DNA of 56,406 bases, the filler included, from Bipalium vagum (lineage: Eukaryota), in NCBI GenBank assembly GCA_037834085.1. It is 3 parts of 3 records of this genome, joined end to end, with 100 filler letters (N's around TTAATTAATTAA, not from the genome) between each part and the next. Parts side by side here need not be neighbours in the genome. Positions count along the whole stretch, not along the records: positions 18,142 to 36,307 come from JBBMKC010038504.1; positions 36,408 to 56,406 come from JBBMKC010262700.1; 1 more part is not named here. The stretch is one strand, 5' to 3'. Below the pieces are notes generated by a model. It saw nothing but the letters and a program-made list of their open reading frames with translations. It made no database searches and was not told the DNA's origin. Of the stretch, positions 26,051 through 37,963 are shown piece by piece. Within the stretch, counting starts at the first letter, position 1. Each line of letters starts with the position of its first letter. A program made the position numbers and the translations under genes.

Positions 26051-26843
26051 ATTTAATAACTTTCAAAAGAGGACTGATTTCTAAGGAATGTATTTTGAAT
26101 AAATATATCTAAACACATGTTCATTTTATTACTGGTTGGCTTTAATTTCACTCATCACCTTTTCCATGAGAGACAATATGTATAAAAATCTAAAGAAATA
26201 TTCTTTATTAAAATCATAATTTTATTTCGATCAGATACTTGGAGCATTCTGCTGGGTTTGTATTACTGAAAAGTCTTTTCATTCAGAATTTTAACCGATT
26301 CATTTCAAGGTTTTGTGGAATAGAAAGAACTTTTATTCTTACAGTTACAATTCAAGAGTTTCACAGACATTTTCAATGTTATACCTACATTTCATATAAT
26401 ATTTTTTGAGCTTCAGAGTTAGAAAGAAGAACAAATAAATATATCTCTTACAAAAGATACTGAAGTAATTAAGGATCTCTTTTCAAATTTATGATTTGAA
26501 ATGTTTTTTAGTATTTATTTTAATATAAAATCTTGTTTTCTCCAAAATGGCAAAGTTTTATTATTGACATTTTCCCCTTGAGTTAATTCAACTTTTATGG
26601 TGTATAGGAAAATCTTTTTTAAATCAATAATTTTCTAAGAATATTGTAAAAATAGATATCTCAAATAACATGAGAAGGACAAAAATTTGGAAATAAATGG
26701 TGTGAAGGCCAGAAAAATGTATGTATCATAATTAAACATATTCAATTTACTTTTGCCTCAGAAATAAAATTCCCAAAATGTAATGAGAGTGTTTAATTGT
26801 TTTAATAAATCGATGATATCCAATTTGATTGAGGTAAATCTAA

Positions 26844-27480
26844 ATGTTAATAATGTTCTCTATTGAAGAAAAAGTGAAAATTATTTTACTGATAGTTAAG
26901 ATGGAATCAATCACATTAGTCAAGCGGGATTTAGAACACTTGAAATGGAAAAAGATACCTACACCAAGAACAGAGTGGAAGATATCTGAAAAATTCAAAG
27001 AGAGTTGGAGTGTTTGTGAAAGTCTGGAAGATCATCAGTTGAATATAAAACACATGCGAAATAAGCCAGGTTTATGAAGTGGCACTTGAGGTATCGCTAA
27101 AGGAAGTTGGATACAGTTTTAAAGTACGATAGAACCTTCAATCTTATTCATACAAGATCCCAACTATTTATAGATCATATGACGAAGAAAATGCTGAAAG
27201 AATTACAATATGCGAATGTCTACTTAAGGAAATCTACAACAATCCATCTTTTCTTCAAGATCTGATTTTTACTAAAGAAACTCTTTCCTTAAATAGATAT
27301 AGAAAAAAAGCGAAAGATATCCTTGGTCTGAAAAATATTATTTAAATGCAGACAGCTAGAATAATATTGAAAATGTTTAAAAAATGATAATGAATGATTT
27401 CTACAATCGCTTACACAAGCTTATTAGTTGTAAGTGTTAAATTTGTATTGGTCATTCTGTAGAAAACTAAATTTTAATAA
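26844..27480 (+). mobile_element. Degenerate Tc1/mariner remnant, probably DD41D-like
   Basis: MFSIEEKVKIIL...PTPRT..KISEKFKESWSV resembles the N-terminus of the element at 51253-52535. Downstream SYKIPT and RLQY segments are decayed. Confidence 0.55.
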
Positions 27481-28829
27481 ATAAATGTTACTTTGTCAAC
27501 AATTTTCAGTCTTGTGTTGAATATATTTCACGGTAGTACATTCTAAAATCGGATGCGTACTTTATACAAGCCATGTATATTCCATCTTTAACATTAATCG
27601 ATGGAAGAAACAATTTTAGAGATCAATCAGTAAGGTTAACGTATTACATAGAATCATAATGGAATTGCCTGGTTCAAAGGTTCTATGTGGTAACTTCTCT
27701 CATCTGATTTGGTAATTATTAATATTATTATTTCATTTAAACTTATCAAACTTCTTAACATTATAAAAGATCATCCAGTAAATGCATAACATTAAAATCA
27801 ACAGAATCTAATTCAGTATTTAATTTGTAGAGAAAATGAAGGTTACTAAAAGTCAAGAAAACTGGCAAATATTATCAGCTCGCAGATTCAGTGTTGTTTC
27901 GTTGTGGTTTCATGCTAGTGATCTTTCAATCAACCACATTTACCAATGATCCATATCGATGATCCCTGCCTTAAAAGACTGAAATATAATTGTAAAGAAC
28001 ATTTATATATTTGGAGATTCCAAAGTTTTAATAGAGGTTTGTTTCAACTGTAAAACTGAGAGCGTTAATTTTAAGAATATTAATGAGAAAACGAAAAATA
28101 TTGTTCCATATTCCTGTATACTCATCATTTTAAATGAAGCAACGAAAGTGAACAGAAATTCGATACATCAACCAAAGTTCTTTAGGGGAGAAATATTATT
28201 CAGATTTCGTAGATTTGAGATAACAGAATTCCTTCTTCATTATTTCTATGTAATATTTCAGGGAAACATAACGTTTACTGTTTTACAATGAATTTCAATG
28301 AAAAAATCTCTTTAAACATTTGACAATATTTTTCATTAAAAACAAATTTTATTAATTTTTCATCCAATTACTTTAAAAGCCAACAGTTTTAAAAGCAGCT
28401 AATGGAAATAAGAGCAGATTTGCATTCAGTACCCACAGTAAAGAGAACAATGGATCTGAGTAAAAGTCAAACAAACTTGTAAGCACTACTACCAGGTGAC
28501 AGATTAAGTAACAGAAAACTCAAAACGACTTATCGGAAACCATTCTCAGCTTTCCAGATAATATAAAAATCTTTTTCAGAGAGCATATTGATGAAATTTC
28601 GAAGAAATTTTCGATAAGAACATTATCAGAAAAGAAAAAAATAAATCCGGATACAGATCCATAAATAGTTACTTTTGAATTGTATATAATTTCAATAACG
28701 AATAATGCAAATCAGTGAAACATCTGAAAGGACTGAGATTGGTCGGCGTGTATCTGAGAAAAGTAATTTTGGCTGTTACAGAAGTTTCTTAGAACTAATT
28801 ATGCTGATTAACAGACACTTCCATATGCG

Positions 28830-28906
28830 TATACACACACACTCATGCCAAACATACACACAAACACACAAATACTCATACCCAAACATACACACACACA
28901 TACACC
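28830..28906. repeat. Imperfect (CA)n microsatellite
   Basis: ATACACACACACTCATG...CATACACACACACATACACC. Confidence 0.8.
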
Positions 28907-29989
28907 AGAAAAAGTACTACATTTATTGACGAATTCTACGGATGACTAAAATATTAATCATTTCATTTTATTTATAAATTTTGTTCCATTTCTTTAATGA
29001 TTTCTATTTATACCACATCGATAATTATTATATAATAAATAAATAACGCGACATGTCTTCTCTGAAATTGTTAAACGATAAAAATGTCAGTTTTGGATTA
29101 AAAATTATTCCCGTGTCATTATTATTTAAATAGGGATAATATATTCGTCGAAAATTCTTTCGAGACACGGCTCTATTGGATATACAGTATCCACTTAAAC
29201 TTAATTGATTTCCGACAGTCCCATTATCAGCTGAACAAAATAGGGAAATAGGCAAAATACCCAACGACTGGGCCTATTATTTTCGACCTTTTCCATACAA
29301 TTTAAAGTTCAATTAATAACGTTTCTATAATAAAACAAGACACCAGATTAAAATTGGCATTCTTCGATTCCATTGATATTTACATATCAAACAGAGTATA
29401 AAATAACTGAGAAAAATGTCCCAGATTTTTGAAAAAATGAAAAATATTTATTTACCATTTTAAAATAATTGAATTTGATGTGTTAGGAGTAATTTGTTTT
29501 TCCCACTGCTCCGTCTACGACTATCGTAGCAGTAGCAGCGGTGATGGTGGAGAATATTTTGCAGACAAAATATGCTCTCCAAGCCAGTCGATCAAATGGT
29601 AGAATACCCATTGAAACATTCCAAATAATAATTAACTGATCCCATAAAAAATGAGACCTGATTTCACGAAGTCGACGTGAAAAATTTCCCACTCAACAAC
29701 GTAGTACATATGAACAAACAGTGAAAATATTAACAATTTAAACAAGTAAAATATATATTTTTCTAGGAACAAGGACAGCTGTTGGTTTCCTATCAAATCG
29801 TGGAAATGAAAAATCTAAAACATTTAAAAGTCCAAATTTGGCAAAAAATAATTTCCCGACCAGTTCTGCCAAACAGTTTTTGCCCAGTTCTGTTTCTCAC
29901 AATATTCTGAAAAAATATTGATTGATTTTCCTGGAAATTTACTAGTGGAATTGGAACGTTATGTGTTGATTTTACATTTACAATTGGTC

Positions 29990-30201
29990 TCATTGTTTGG
30001 AAGAATAATTGTTTTCTCGCTCCTTGAACACCAGCTCGGCAGACGCTGATATGGACCGGAAGCGATTCAGCATATCGGGACTCGGAGGCGGGGGACTCGG
30101 AATGAAGGAAGGGATGGGCAGCTCGCAGTCAATGGCCGATTTTGTCAGGCGAACTTTCTGGATATTTTCCTTCTGTTGTTGCAGATGATTTTGTTTGTGT
30201 T
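29990..30201 (-). CDS. Probable terminal coding exon of an unidentified gene (absent from the ORF track)
   Basis: GC-rich island. After the acceptor TTAACAG the minus strand reads HKQNHLQQQKENIQKVRLTKSAIDCELPIPSFIPSPPPPSPDMLNRFRSISASAELVFKERENNYSSKQ*, with G/C-ending codons like the SNRK and CCT4 3' exons. Confidence 0.5.
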
Positions 30202-30469
30202 CTGTTAATTTATGTTAAGCATGAAATGTATTACGGATTTGTTTTCGTTTCTCTTTTGACATCTTTATTGCAAAACATATCTGAGCCACTTTTGGCTACG
30301 ATTGGATATGCTTCAAAGAATTACGGGGAGGCAAGTGTGAAAAATTAATGAATTTTCTCTAAATATCCCCGACTGTATTGTTGATAAAATTGGATTTTGC
30401 AAATCTTTTATCAATAGCAAAAAATAAAAAATATTTTCAGATAAAAATAATTTTTTAGAAATTCTCGAT

Positions 30470-30579
30470 TTATAATTCCAAAAATAATATTTTAAAAAAT
30501 TAAAATGATAATAATAATAATTCCAATAAAAATAATAATTACAAAAAAAATATTTGATTTTTGAAAAAAAAATAAAAAG

Positions 30580-30614
<35 letters not shown>

Positions 30615-30980
30615 TTCCCAAAATTATTTTTTATATTGCAAAAATATTAAAATGATTTAAAATAATTCATACAATATAATAATAATTCCAAAAAATAATA
30701 TTTGATGTTGAAAAAACATTAAAATGATTTTAAATAATTCCCATAAAATAATAATAATCATAATAATAATTCTAAAATTAATATTTTATGTTGAAAAAAT
30801 ATTAAAATGATTTTTAATAATTTCAATAAAAAAATAAAAATAATAATAATTCCAAAAATAAAATGAAAATAATAATAATAATATTAATAATAATTCCAAA
30901 AATAATATTTGATGTTGAAAAAACATTAAAATGATTTAAAATAATTCCATTAATAAAATGTAATAATAATAATTCTTTGG
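30470..30980. repeat. AT-rich minisatellite, ~6 diverged units interleaved with (AAT)n
   Basis: Core AATAATTCCAAAAATAATATTTGATGTTGAAAAAACATTAAAATGATTT recurs near 30680, 30770 and 30890, with more diverged copies upstream. Confidence 0.85.
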
Positions 30981-33415
30981 ATAATATTTTAAACAAATAA
31001 TACTTTTCCACACGAACTTATTCTTCATTGTTTTTTTTATCATTATTAAAATAAAGAGAAAATAATTAAGAACTTCCGTCATAATAAATGATAAAAAAAG
31101 AAAAAGAAATGAGCTTAATTATTATTAATATTATAATTAATATTTATTGCTATTTATTCACAATAAATTAATACTTAATATCTTTGTTTAAATAATAATT
31201 ACTTTTATCAAAAGTAATTAATAGAGGAAATAATTTTCAAAAGCGGTTTACAGAACCTTGGAATTTTGTAATATTTAATAAATAATAATTTTATTTTTTT
31301 ATTGGAAACCATGGCAAAATAAAGAGAACATAAATAAATTATCATTTCTTCATCTTCACAAAATACATTTAATTATTTTATGGACATTAAGAACTCAAAC
31401 AAAATTATTATTATCAAACTCAAAGACCATTATTGATGAAATATATCATAATAATAAATGGAAAAATTATTTTTCAAATTATCAATAAAAGTTAAAGAAA
31501 AAAAATTATCCAAAAATTGCAAAATATTTTAGTAAAAAGATATATCTTCTACGTTTCTTATTCAATTATGATAAACTGATTTAATTAAGGAAATTGAATT
31601 TCACTGAAATTAATTTAAATAAATTCCATTTAATTAATTGATAGTGCAAAATCCTATCAAATCAATACTTAATAATTAATAATTTGATAATTAATAATTT
31701 CTATCTGACTTAGAGTCAAGTGAAAAATTTAACCATTTTTTTATTAATTAATTTTATTATTTTTGGAAATTAATTTAATTGAATTAAATGGAAAAAATTC
31801 CAAATTAAGACAATCTCTCAAATGTGGATAAAACTTTTTCTACTGCTCACATTTAAATTAAAAACCATAAACAATTAAATAATTTTATTGCATTTTATTG
31901 TACTATTTTGCCTGTAGATTTGTAGATAAAATAAGCCAGCTTTCTATTAATAAAATGTGTTTGAGGAATTATTTTCCAGCTTTGATTTTTCCTTTTTATG
32001 ATGTAAGATAAAAGAATAGATAAATATTTATTTTATTTCCTTAATCTCAGATAATGGATGTGTCTTAAATTGAAAACGACGACGATGTTTTGTCGATTTT
32101 TTTTCTAAGATGAAGACAAAGAATTTATTTTGATAAATTTTTTTTTAATTTGCTTTCATTCAAAATTTGATGAAAATATTAAATAATAATAAATAATAAA
32201 ATAAATAATAAAAAAAATAGAAACAATATAAAAATAATAAAATTTAAATAATAAAAAAAATAATAAAATAAAAATAAAAATTAATTAAAAATAATAAAAT
32301 TAAAGTTTTCTATTACTTACAGTCCTTTATAATTAAACAATAAAATAAAAATAATAAAATAAGAATAATAAAACATAATAAAAATGATAAATTAAAAATA
32401 ATAAAATAAAAAAAAAGATGATAATAAAAAAAATATAATAATAATAATAGTAAAATAAAATTTTCTATTACTTTTTTATAATTGAACAATTAAATAAAAA
32501 TAATAAATTAATTATTATCTCAAAATGATTTAAAATTTTGTTTAAACATTCAGAATTGAAATCTTTACTGCGATTAAAAAATATTTTAATTATTTTGATA
32601 AATTGTGAAATTACTATTTATTAAATAATTTAGTAACAAAAGCCCATTGAATAAATTTATTGAAAGTTGATTGATGTGAAGTCAGTTTTGTGGATATTTC
32701 TTTATTATATTCTTATTATTTTTCTTGGATAAAATCTCAGAGATTTTATCAAAGTTTGAAGCAAGACTACAGTTTTTCTGAGAAATCAATCAAACATTCC
32801 ATTGTTTAATTGAAGAAGTCATTAATAAATTAATTAATTATTCAACCAGGCATAATTATTCTCACTATGTAATCACCAGGCATCTTTATTCATTCAGTAC
32901 ACAATAATAAAATTATCGTGCAATTAAAATATTTTTGATGATATCATTTTTTAATTTGTTTATATTATAACAGATTTACTGTGGTCTTTAATTAATGATA
33001 AATAATAAAAGTGCATTTCATAATAATATTGGTCTAAAACAACTCAAAAAATCAACGGGTTCTCATTAGACGTAATGTTGAATTTAATAAAATTAAAAAT
33101 AATTATTAAAATAAATATGACGATAAATTTCCAATGATTTCATATTGTAAATAAAATTTTTTTTTCTCGGAAAAATTTTTTCATCGATTAAAAAATATTT
33201 TCAGACATACATTATAAATTAATAATTAATTAATTATTATTTCTTCAAAATTAATATTGTTTTGATTTGTTAAAAGGGACATTTTTGGAAAATAACAAAT
33301 GTACTGAAAACTTTTTCGATCAGAAAGTACTTAAACAGAAGTTTAGAGTTAAACGAAACTTAATTTCTTGGAAAATATAATTAAATATTTGATGATATTT
33401 AGATTTGAAAATATG

Positions 33416-34578
33416 TTGGGTTAAGGAATTATTAATAGTTTTGTTTTTTATATTTCATTTGTGAAGTTGTTTAAATATTACCTATTATTTAGCGAATATT
33501 TAAATTTCAAAATTAAATAGAGCAGTTATAAAAATAAAACTAAGTTGGTTTACACTCAACATTTAGTTTAATATCACTGGTTTTAAAATCGAGCATATTT
33601 GCCATTTCATGCTTTTCCAGTTTAAGTACGGTTTGAACACATCTATCTCGAAAAATAATGTGTCATATATCCAAATGGCATTACTGTCTGTCAATGCCAG
33701 TAGTGGTATAAAAAATTAATGATTTGGAGGAAAAAGGAAAAATCTGGCTCACCAACTGTGGTAAATGATGACATTTTTGAGGTCTTAAAATTGACATATG
33801 ATTTTGCCCACAAATTTGGCTGAGATCAGAAAATGATTTGGAATCATTTGAAAAAATCTGTTAGCTTAGTGCTTGGGTTTTTCATGTACTGATAGATTCT
33901 AATAGAATTAATAGAACAGCCACTTGTATTGCAATAATCTCCAGAATACAAACAGTTTATTTTTTTTCTCGTTTGATAACGGGAGACGATAAATGGTTGA
34001 ACAAAAAAGGATAAACATAGGTGTCAGATGCCCTTACGACTGTGAAATGTGACCAGTATCCTAAAAAGGATATTATTACCTGTTTGATGGGATACCAATG
34101 GAATTGTTATTGAATGAGAATCGTACTATTAATGCAGAACTCTATGGTTGAAAATTAGACAGGCTAAGTCAAAATATCATGCCTGTTCTAACTAATAGGA
34201 AATATTGCAACACAACAGGCCGAGACAACAAGCCACTGGATTGATTCTAGATAAAATATATATGATCAGATGTAAAGACTTACCTCAGCCTACATGTTCT
34301 GATCTAACACTATCGAATTACTTTTTATTCGAACCTCTCAAAATCATTAGAATGGGAAGTAGTTCCAAGATAAGGAAGCAAGCAAAACTGAGATCTCGAC
34401 CTTTTTTGCCTTAAAAACCCGGAATTTTATTGCAGAGTTATTGAAGCTTTAACACAGAGATGATCTCAAGTTTTTCAGTTCAATGAAGAATATATTATTG
34501 ATTGACATTCGGGAACCTTGTTTTTGTATTGATTTAAATATATAATTTAAATACGAAATTACTTATTCTTTGATCCAA
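33416..34578 (+). mobile_element. Highly degenerate mariner
   Basis: LSAWVFHVL, RLITGDDKW, LQHNRPRQ and SDLTLSNYFLF fragments. Ends TTGGGTTAAGGAAT... and ...ATTCTTTGATCCAA|TA are weak inverted repeats. Confidence 0.75.
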
Positions 34579-34753
34579 TATTTTAGGAAAGAATATTAAA
34601 ATGATGGTTCATTCCACTTATGGCTTATTTTAAAAATAAAATATCATTTGTTTAGTTATAAAGATTTCACAACAATTGTTTTAATCCAAATTGAATTTAA
34701 ACAACAATTACAAGAGGAAAAGGATGAAAAACATAAAACATATATTTTCTTTT

Positions 34754-34908
34754 TATATGTAAAGCCCTTCATTTAGAAGTCACACCAAGGCCCTTAACAG
34801 CTTAGAGTCTCTTACTTTCATTTTCCTTTCTTTACCTTGTCTTTCGACACCTCGTCCTCTAGCTGAAAATGAATCGGAGATACAGGGATTCGAACCCCGG
34901 GCCTTTCA
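34754..34908 (-). repeat. tRNA-Ala-containing dispersed repeat, copy 1 (tRNA 3' half, then body)
   Basis: Minus strand GGCCCGGGGTTCGAATCCCTGTATCTCCGATTCATTTTCAGCTA, followed directly by GAGGACGAGGTGTCGAAAG...GACTCTAAGCTGTTAAGGG...TGTGA. Both parts are homologous to 46332-46550. Confidence 0.85.
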
Positions 34909-36307
34909 GAAATTTTCAATTAATCTCACAATGCATCCATAGATTTATGAAAAAACAAACTGATTTACATTAATAAATCGAACAAGCTCATTATTGTTAT
35001 TGGTGTCATTGTAATTAGTTATTATATTACAATATGTCGAAACTAACGAACTAACGTAAAAAGTCTACATATCTCTCGTGACAATAAAAATATTAATATT
35101 TAATTCAAAATGCAAATTTCGTGACCGAAATATCATTTGTCGTAATGCTCTCATCTTCGTATTAACAGTTTAATATATTAATAAAATATTTTAAATTGTG
35201 ATTATTAAAACATCATTAAAACAAAATAAATACTTTTGAATATCGATTCAGCAAAAAAGATATTTATACAATTTCCTTTCCGATAAAGACTGTTTTCCTC
35301 TGAAGAAGAGTTTATTTTTCTTTTATATTGTCAGTGAATTTGTAAAAAATTACCATACACGATTAGATTAAAAGTAAAAGATTTATTGGGAAACTTTAAT
35401 CTGGACAAAAAGATTAGTAAAATTATTAAATAATTAATTTCGGAACGAACAAGACTTGACTATTAGGTTTCTTCGTTTATTTATTTTGTCTCTATAAAAT
35501 ATAGAAGCCCATACGACTATTAATGATAATGCAGATTTACCTTGAAGCAGTAACATAAAAGCTCCCACAAATTCTCAATTAAAATTTAATTGAGATTTTT
35601 CTCTAAAGAATATTCAACATTTCTTTTCTTTTCTCATCTATTTTTAGTTTTTACAGTTTCTCGTCATACCCACCATATAGAGAAATTGAGTTTAAAAAAA
35701 TGGAGAAAGGTTTCATGTAAATATTCCGTCTCTTTTCTCCCTTTTCTGCTACCCTCTACAAGTAGGTATCGTAATTCATTAATTCAAATTTTTTCTATGC
35801 CAGATTATTGCAATGATTATTAAAGGCTTACATTATCATTATATTATATAAATATATTGTTTTCAATCTAATCAGTTCCTATTTGCTAATTTGAAGAAAA
35901 ATCTTTTTGATTTAATACCTTTTCTTTCTACATTCCTTTCAATTTTTTTGTACTTAAAAATATTGTTTAAATTTTCGTCAGATATTATGTAAAATATATG
36001 ATTCTATAAAGCGTGTTTAAAAATTTTAGAAGTTGATCTACCGGTTGCCTCAGTAACAGATTGATCTTTTCTAAATTATTTAACTGAGTGCAATTTTCTT
36101 CTAATTTTAATGCAATCATCTCAACATTTAATGGTTATGTGGAGACTCCCACCTTCGATTCAAAAACAAATCCAATCAAATCCCCCAACAACTTCGATTC
36201 CAAAACAATCCAAATCCTCAAAACATTAAAATTAGTGATTTTAAACATTTTGGTGATCATTTAGTGATTCAGTTGTTGTATAAAAAATAATATATAATTT
36301 GTGTAAT

Positions 36308-36407
36308 NNNNNNNNNNNNNNNNNNNNNNNNNNNNNNNNNNNNNNNNNNNNTTAATTAATTAANNNNNNNNNNNNNNNNNNNNNNNNNNNNNNNNNNNNN
36401 NNNNNNN
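36308..36407. other. Artificial contig-joining spacer
   Basis: N44 + TTAATTAATTAA + N44, identical to 18042-18141. Confidence 0.95.

Positions 36408-36473
<66 letters not shown>
36408..36473. repeat. (AAT)n microsatellite at a contig end
   Basis: Pure AAT run of about 22 units next to the spacer. Confidence 0.95.
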
Positions 36474-36474
<1 letters not shown>

Positions 36475-37440
36475 TAATATAATACAACCTTGTTTATATT
36501 GTCCAAATAATTCATTTTAAAATTTAATTTTGAATTAATTAATTATATATAAAAAAAATCTAACAATAATATTTTAGAAATTTGCATTATTATTATTATT
36601 ATTATTATTATTAATATTATTATTTATTTTTCATTTTTCAATTTTTATAATAATAATTATTATTATTAGCTAAAAAATTGCATATTTTCTGAATTTGAAA
36701 ATATCTCATGTAAATAATAATTTATTTATTTGTACAGATAGCGGAAAATTGAATCAATAAACTTTTTGACAAAAATCTATAAGTGAAATTTTTTCATTAC
36801 ATTGATATAAATATACGTGTTACATTTTTAACGAAATCTTTGATAGATAAATTTTTTGATAAATGAAATATTAACCATTACGAATTGTTATATTAAATTT
36901 CTGAAAGAACTTATAATATAAAATAATATTAATAATTTATTTCAGCTCTTTTATATTTATTGATTATTTTTATCATATTGATTCAAGATTATAAATTAAA
37001 ATTTGTTTAATTTGATTATAAAAATAATCATTGAGTTATTCAATATATTGATAAAATAATTAATTGTGCCTTAGTTATTCATTCAATAGTTCCATAGAAA
37101 AGAAATTATATTAAATTTTAATTTTTATTACCTGAACTTTAATAAATGTCATCGAAATGTCACTTTCTTCTCAGAAAAATATGAAAGGTTTAATTGATAT
37201 TATTCTTGATAAAATGTTTGTTGGAATTATAAAGCCTAAATATGATTTTGTGGCTACCTTAGATATCTTAAACCTTAAACAATATTAAACAAATGGGTGA
37301 AAATCTCCAAAGATCGTGTTACAACTTAAAAACTTATCTATGTAAAATGTGTTCCGAAAACCTAATCCAGTTAACTATTTTATATTTTTTTTATTTTTAT
37401 ATATTTAGTATAAGCAATTTATATTTAGTATTTTCATTTA

Positions 37441-37963
37441 CAGTAGTGACCATTAAATTAAAACCACTATTAAAAAATAAAGATAAATTATAAAGATATA
37501 TATAAAATTCAGAGCAAGTAATACAAGGGGATTTATTTACAACTCAATGTTTACGTAATGTTATTTTTTGATAAATGTCAGTATTTAGAAGGATAACCCT
37601 TATTGTCAAGTACTTCTTGTATACGTCTAGGCATCCTTTCAATCAATTTTTTACAATAATTTGGCATTATTTCCGTTTTCCACACTTGCTTCAAGATCCA
37701 CAGTGCTTCAAGCACACTGAGATTATCCTTCAGATTTCAAAGCTACAGTCTGACCTTTTTTGAAATCACATATATCTTGTTTATAACCCATAATCTAAAA
37801 AGTGAAACGAATAAATATAAAATCACTAACTTTTCATTAATTCGATATATTATCAATATCACTTAAGCATAAAAAATATGTATATGTATAATATTTTGGC
37901 TTAGTTGTCAATTATACAAAAAAATTTTTTTTGTTTGTGGCCTTAATTTAATGGTCACTACTG
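37441..37963 (-). mobile_element. Internally deleted non-autonomous Tc1 element (523 bp)
   Basis: Perfect 21-bp TIR CAGTAGTGACCATTAAATTAA with TA on both flanks. Minus strand retains the N-terminus MGYKQDICDFKKGQTVAL close to the C-terminus YCKKLIERMPRRIQEVLDNKGYPSKY. Confidence 0.9.

Noticed and set aside
27945-27980. Possible 35-nt minus-strand micro-exon (SFKAGIIDMDH) with good splice sites
   Set aside because: No partner exons or homology could be identified, and such sites arise by chance.
14020-28700. Idea that TAA/TAG/TGA are reassigned or edited, prompted by protein-like frames with internal stops (14020-14480, 17350-17600, 28390-28700)
   Set aside because: CCT4 ends in TAA, SNRK in TAG, and neither has internal stops. 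Stop density in those frames is near chance, so they are better read as decayed sequence.
30470-30980. Repeat-spacer pattern as a CRISPR-like array
   Set aside because: Spacers are simple AAT runs, the repeats are diverged, and the context is eukaryotic with no cas genes.
32728-32750. Perfect 10-bp hairpin GATAAAATCT-CAG-AGATTTTATC
   Set aside because: Short AT-rich palindromes are expected by chance at this base composition.
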